From assembly GCA_963812885.1 (NCBI GenBank), contig CAWEWZ010000005.1, positions 3,497 through 67,496 of the forward strand: a DNA stretch of 64,000 bases, given 5' to 3'. Shown here piece by piece: positions 59,707-64,000 of the stretch; positions within the stretch are counted from its first letter, which is position 1; every line of letters begins with the position of its first letter. A program made the position numbers and the translations under genes. The DNA comes from an uncultured Acidimicrobiaceae bacterium (GTDB lineage: Bacteria > Actinomycetota > Acidimicrobiia > Acidimicrobiales > RAAP-2). Under the pieces are notes generated by a model that worked only from the letters and a program-made list of their open reading frames with translations, made no database searches and was not told the DNA's origin.

Positions 59707-60048
59707 TCATCCGGCGAGGGCGGCCCGTACCAGGCCGAGGAGCTCGTCGTCGGTGACGTCGGCGGCGTCGTCGACCCCCAGTCGGATGGTGCCCTTGCTC
59801 GTCCGCAGCGAGGGGTGGCGGGCGATGAAGTCGTCGACTCGACCCTGGGGCCAGCCGTAGATCGAGATTCCGTGGGTCCAGACCCCCAGGAACAGGCGGT
59901 GCCCGTCCGCCCGGTAGGTGGGCATCCGGTAGGAGATGCCCACCGTCGCTGCCGGAAAGGCGCCGACCACCAGTCGGTCGATCCGGTCGAACAACGGGCG
60001 GAACTGGGGCGGGATGGCGTCGATGTAGTCGCGGACGGCGTCGTCCAT
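59707..60048 (-). CDS. DUF1801 (YdhG-like) domain protein
   Basis: VRDYIDAIPPQFRPLFDRIDRLV..ISYRMPTYRADGHRLFLGVWTHGISIYGW is the typical DUF1801 pattern. Confidence 0.7.
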   Translation of the reverse strand: MDDAVRDYIDAIPPQFRPLFDRIDRLVVGAFPAATVGISYRMPTYRADGHRLFLGVWTHGISIYGWPQGRVDDFIARHPSLRTSKGTIRLGVDDAADVTDDELLGLVRAALAG

Positions 60049-60059
60049 CGGTGGTTCCC

Positions 60060-60836
60060 TCAGCCGGCGCGCAATTTGAATTCGGCTCCGGCCGGATCGG
60101 TCACCGTGGCCAACCGACCGTAGGGTGTGTCGACCGGATCGGCGACCACCGCGCCGCCGAGGGTCCGCACCTTGCCGACGGCGCCGTCCACATCGTCGAC
60201 CTCCCAGTACACCGACCAGTGGGCCGGCACCCCGTCGGGCAGGAAGGCCGAAGCATCCATGATGCCGGCCAGGTTCTCGCCTCCCATCGGATCGCCCATG
60301 GTCGTGTACCGGAACTCGTCGGTGTCGCTGACCACGGTGGTGTCCCAGTGGAAGGCCGTGCGGTAGAAGTCCACGGCGTTCCCGAAGTCGCGGGTGAACA
60401 GTTCGAACCAGCCCGGGGTACCATGCTCGAGCACCACGGAGAAGCCGGGGAACTCCTTCGCCTGCCAGGCACCGAGATGGGCACCGGTGGGATCGATCAT
60501 GACCAGCTGGATGCCCAGATCGCCGACGGCCATCGGGGGCGAGATGATCGTGGCCCCGTTGGATGCGGCCACCTCCGCCGTCTTGGTGATGTCCTCGGTG
60601 GCCAGGTACATCTTCCAGGTGTCGTTGGCCGGCATGTCCTCGCCCATGTCACCCATCCCGCCGGCGATGTCGACGCCGTCACGCTTGAAGATGAAGTACC
60701 CGCCGAACTCGGGATCGGGATCGGTCGCCTCCCATCCGAAGAGCTCCCCGTAGAAGCGACGGCTGCCCTCCACATCAGAGGTCCACAGATCGGCCCAGCA
60801 CGGGGCTCCGATTGGTGCGCGGCTTCGATTCGGCAT
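60060..60836 (-). CDS. Two-domain VOC (glyoxalase/bleomycin-resistance) family protein
   Basis: APCWADLWTSDVEGSRRFYGELFGW and WFELFTRDFGNAVDFYRTAFHW begin two VOC modules. Confidence 0.8.
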   Translation of the reverse strand: MPNRSRAPIGAPCWADLWTSDVEGSRRFYGELFGWEATDPDPEFGGYFIFKRDGVDIAGGMGDMGEDMPANDTWKMYLATEDITKTAEVAASNGATIISPPMAVGDLGIQLVMIDPTGAHLGAWQAKEFPGFSVVLEHGTPGWFELFTRDFGNAVDFYRTAFHWDTTVVSDTDEFRYTTMGDPMGGENLAGIMDASAFLPDGVPAHWSVYWEVDDVDGAVGKVRTLGGAVVADPVDTPYGRLATVTDPAGAEFKLRAG

Positions 60837-60908
60837 GGTTGCCTCCTTGTTCGGTTCCTGGCTTCGGTCTCAAGGACCAGTCAACTCGGTAGACGGCCCC
60901 CGGGTGGA

Positions 60909-60966
60909 GAACTCATCGGCCCGGCCCGGTGTGGGGGCCGGGGTGCACCGGTGGCCCGATGAGTTC
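60909..60966. other. Nested inverted repeats: outer GAACTCATCGG..CCGATGAGTTC (11 bp), inner CCCGGCCC-N7-GGGCCGGG
   Basis: Read directly. It lies in the divergent region between the VOC gene and the mini-STAS ORF, and could be an RNA stem-loop or a pair of protein-binding half-sites. Confidence 0.35.
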
Positions 60967-60993
60967 CGAGGGCCACCACCGTCCAACCAGCTG

Positions 60994-61245
60994 ATGTCCG
61001 CCTCCGAGCCCTGGTGCTGCGTCCGGATCACCGACGGCAACGGATCGGTGGTGGGCGACTGCGTGCTCGACGGGTCCGGTGATCCGGACTTGGGTGCCGT
61101 GGAGTTCATCGCCCGGCTGGCCCTGGAGGCCAAGCGGCGGGGTGGGGTCGTCATCCTGCGCCAGGTGCGCACCGACCTGGTCCGGTTGCTCGATCTCTCG
61201 GGACTACCCGTCGAGGTGGAGTGGCAGCCCGAACGAGGGGAATAG
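60994..61245 (+). CDS. Short STAS-like (anti-sigma-factor-antagonist-like) protein, 83 aa
   Basis: DLGAVEFIARLALEAKRRGGVVILRQVRTDLVRLLDLSGL resembles the C-terminal half of STAS domains. High GC3. The last 42 nt overlap the 3' end of the convergent sigma-factor gene. Confidence 0.45.
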   Translation: MSASEPWCCVRITDGNGSVVGDCVLDGSGDPDLGAVEFIARLALEAKRRGGVVILRQVRTDLVRLLDLSGLPVEVEWQPERGE

Positions 61246-62229
61246 GCGCACCGGATCGAGGAAGTCGAGGAACAAGTTCATCCCCTTCACCTTGCCTCCA
61301 GTGATCTCGAGCACCTGGATGGCCCACGGGATGTAGCCGCCGGCGGGGTCGGGCTTGTACTGGCCGAACGCCGGGCACCCGTTGGCCGAGGTGGGCAGGA
61401 GGATGGAGCCGCGGCACGCGCTGGGACCCGGTTCGAGCATGAACCGACCGATGTCGGCGGCGCCCTCGATCCACATGGCGAACGGAGGCATCGACTGGAA
61501 GGCGTCATCGTGGAGAAGGGTGACCAGTCGATCGATGTCGTACCGTTCGAAGGCGTCGACGTACTGCTCGAGCAGGACCCGGTTCTCGTCGTCGAGTGTC
61601 ACCGGTGGCGTGGTGTCCCTGAGATCGCCGAGCGTGGCCCGGGCCCGCTGGAGCGAGCTGTTGACCGCGGCCACACTGGTATCGAGGAGCTCGGCGACTT
61701 CGGCGGCCTGCCAACGGAGCACCTCGCACAGGATGAGGGTGGCCCGCTGACGGGCGGGCAGATGCTGCAGGGCGGTGACGAACGCCAGCCGGACCGACTC
61801 CCGGTACTGGGCCACCTCGGCCGGATCCGAGGTCTCCGGCATCGCTCCGGCGTCGGGCAGTGGCGTCACCCAGGCCGTCTCGGTCAGCACGGGCCCGAGG
61901 AAGGACTCCTCGGGAGGTGAGGCCGGCCCCATGTCGACCGGACGGGCGCGTCGCTGGACCTGGCGACCCATGTCGATGCACACGTTGGTGGCGATCCGGT
62001 ACAGCCAGGACCGCAGGCTGGAGCGACCCTCGAAGCGTTCGCGGTTCCGCCAGGCCCGCACCACCGTCTCCTGGACGGCGTCCTCGGCCTCGAACCCGGA
62101 ACCGAGCATCCGGTAGCAGTAGGAGGTCAGTTCCCGGCGATAGGCCTCGACCTCGGCCAGATCGATGGGGGTGCGGACGGCCACACTCCCGAATGGTACC
62201 GGCAGATCTTCAACCATCGAATCAGCCAT
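61204..62229 (-). CDS. ECF-type sigma-70 factor with C-terminal SnoaL-like extension (ECF41/ECF56-type)
   Basis: Region 2 (FEAEDAVQETVVRAWRNRERF..SWLYRIATNVCID), region 4 (LPARQRATLILCEVLRWQAAEVAELLDTSVAAVNSSLQRAR) and a tail of about 130 aa ending in FGLP. Confidence 0.85.
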   Translation of the reverse strand: MADSMVEDLPVPFGSVAVRTPIDLAEVEAYRRELTSYCYRMLGSGFEAEDAVQETVVRAWRNRERFEGRSSLRSWLYRIATNVCIDMGRQVQRRARPVDMGPASPPEESFLGPVLTETAWVTPLPDAGAMPETSDPAEVAQYRESVRLAFVTALQHLPARQRATLILCEVLRWQAAEVAELLDTSVAAVNSSLQRARATLGDLRDTTPPVTLDDENRVLLEQYVDAFERYDIDRLVTLLHDDAFQSMPPFAMWIEGAADIGRFMLEPGPSACRGSILLPTSANGCPAFGQYKPDPAGGYIPWAIQVLEITGGKVKGMNLFLDFLDPVRLFPSFGLPLHLDG

Positions 62230-62529
62230 CAGACGTTTGACGGATCCCGGCGCCGGATCTCATCGCCCGGCTCGGACCGCTGTCGGAGCCTCCCGGCCGT
62301 GGGCCCCCGGTGTGCCGTCCGGAGGCACCGAACTGAGAGTTCGGGTCGCAGATCGACCGGCGCGGATCGGGCGCCTGAGGTGGTCGAACGGGCACGCTGT
62401 GGGCTTCCCAGGGCCGCGTCCGGGTGCCCACGCCCGGGTCCCCGAGCGAGGCCGGGTGGAGGGGTGTACCTTGATGCCAAGGCGGACGTCGTGAGACGGA
62501 ATGGTTCGAGGCAGGATGGCGGCACCGGG

Positions 62530-64000
62530 ATGGCGATGATTGGGCGTCGTGTCATGAAACGAGGGTTGCGCGTCACCGTGGCCACCCTGGTGGCCGGGCT
62601 GGGAACGCTGACGGCCATCGTCGTGCCCGCGGCGGTGGCGGGAGCGGCTGCCGATGTGGTCACCAGCTGTTCCGGCTCCGCTTCGGTGAGCGGTTCACTG
62701 CCCTACGTGGTGGCCCATGCCTCACCCGGCGACACGATCAATTTCTCGCTCGCCCCCAGCTGCACGACCATCTCGCTGAGCCAACACGATCACCATCAGC
62801 AGCAACGTCACCATCGCCGGACCGGGAGCCGGATCACTGGCCGTCAGCGGCCACGGAGCGGTGGGCGTGTTCGCCGTCACCCGTGCTGCCACCGTGACCA
62901 TCTCCGGTCTGACCATCGAGAACGGATCGAACTCGGGGGGCGGCGGCATCAACAACCAGGGAACGCTCACCGTGGTCAACAGCATCCTGACCCACAACAG
63001 CTCGCCCCACGGGGACGGAGGGGCGATCTACAACCACGGGAGCCAGGGCGCGGCCCAGGCCACGCTGACCGTGACCGGCAGCACCATCTCGTCCAACAGC
63101 GTCAGCGGAGGCTTTGCCGGGGGCGGCATCGCCAACGACGGGTCCGCCTCCATCGGCACCAGCACGTTGTCGAACAACACCTCACAGGACTGGGCCGGTG
63201 GGATTGCCAACTTCGGCCCGTCGCTGACCGTCACCAACAGCACGGTGGCCGACAACAGCGCCACCCAGTACGCCGGCGGAATCCTGAACTGGTCCTCGGC
63301 GACGATCACCGACTCCACCATCGCCGGCAACAGCGCGGGATTTGCCGGGGGCATCGGCGACGGGTCGCATGCTGGGCTCAAAGTGGGGGCCACCATCGTG
63401 GCCAACAGCACGTCGGGCGGCGATTGCTTCCTGCTCGGATCCGTGAACGACCTGGGCTACAACCTGGCCGACGACAAGAGCTGCCACTTCACCGCGGCCA
63501 CCGACCTGGCCAATACGCCGGCCGGCCTCAGCCCCTCCGGGCTCCAGAACAACGGCGGCCCGACCCAGACCATCGCCCTCCAGGCCGGCAGCGCCGCTGT
63601 CGGCCATGTCAACAGTGCCGCGCTGTGCCCGGCCACCGACCAGCGGGGGGATCCGAGGACCGTGCCCTGTGACATCGGTGCCTACCAGACCAGTGGCCGG
63701 GCCATCGACGTGACCGTGAGCGGTTCCCAGGGCTACGGAGGCGGCCCCACCTTCACCGAGTCCAATGACGCCCCGTCCGGGGTCAACCTGACCGGGACCC
63801 TCACCTGCACGACGGTCGACGGGGGGACGCCCATCTCGCCCGCATTGGGTGTGAGGTCCTTCACCGTCGACGGCTCGAGCTGTTCGGGACTGAGCCCGTC
63901 CAATCCGAACTACCACCTGGCCTACGCCGGGGCCACCAACGGGTATGTGGTGACCCAGGACTCGACCACCATCGGCCTCACCACCAACTCGGCCAGCCAG
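62530..64000 (+). CDS. Secreted right-handed beta-helix repeat protein (choice-of-anchor-Q-like) followed by MBG-like domain(s); frame break near 62785; 3' end outside the window
   Basis: Signal peptide (MAMIGRRVMKRGLRVTVATLVAGLGTLTAIVVPAAVAGAAA) and SGSLPYVVAHASPGDTINF. After the shift come repeated GG(I/A)xN..TVTNST units, DQRGDPRTVPCDIGAYQ, then VTVSGSQGYGGGPTFT..NYHLAYAGATNGYVV. Confidence 0.75.

Noticed and set aside
62465-62490. TGTACC-N16-CGTC, similar to the ECF41 promoter motif TGTCACA-N16-CGTC, upstream of the beta-helix gene
   Set aside because: It is only a partial -35 match. CGTC is very common at this GC content, and the sigma factor may belong to the ECF56-like group rather than ECF41.
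1-64000. Programmed ribosomal frameshifting or genome-wide pseudogenisation as the explanation for the frame breaks
   Set aside because: There are too many sites. No slippery heptamer or downstream structure is shared among them. Both +1 and -1 directions occur, and several sit in simple homopolymers. The flanking sequence shows no nonsense codons or decay. Assembly indel error is the simplest explanation, though only the reads can settle it.
1-64000. Search for CRISPR arrays, tRNA/rRNA genes, transposases, integrases, prophage or toxin-antitoxin modules
   Set aside because: None was seen. There are no direct-repeat/spacer periodicity, no cloverleaf-like conserved tRNA segments in the intergenic gaps I read, and no recombinase-like ORFs. 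By eye the window looks like stable chromosomal backbone.

Overview
High-GC, actinobacterial-type chromosomal segment. I saw no rRNA, tRNA, CRISPR array, transposase or integrase. It opens with the conserved cell-division/cell-wall locus: the pbpA 3' end, a PknB-type PASTA kinase, trpG and crgA. About 65 further genes follow. Most are ordinary metabolic genes: thiolase, PaaI thioesterase, four luciferase-like (LLM) oxidoreductases, three SDRs, an AMP-ligase, a carboxyltransferase, a class II aldolase, an AKR, GNAT, VOC and PhyH. Signalling and transport genes are interspersed: a PspC-domain histidine kinase/LuxR pair facing a PspC/DUF1707/MacB-type ABC operon; CsoR with a recognisable operator; Crp/Fnr; an EAL-only protein; an Rv0805-like cNMP phosphodiesterase beside an XRE regulator; a PadR-ABC-FtsX operon followed by a MerR-PP2C fusion; an ABC-2 exporter with a LuxR regulator lacking a kinase; and an ECF sigma factor with a SnoaL-like tail next to a secreted beta-helix protein. 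The most striking sequence-level property is that roughly one third of the genes carry isolated 1-nt frame breaks. Family-like sequence continues on both sides of each break, several breaks sit in G/C homopolymers, and I noticed no in-frame nonsense codons. I read this as assembly indel error rather than biology, so all boundaries near these breaks are approximate. I did not find a convincing self-contained novel system. The best leads are the MerR-PP2C one-component fusion, the PspC-kinase/MacB envelope module, the XRE/palindrome/YjbR-CpdA locus and the SD-led small ORFs plus palindrome upstream of Crp. All calls rest on motif recognition by eye and on codon-position GC pattern; no searches were run.
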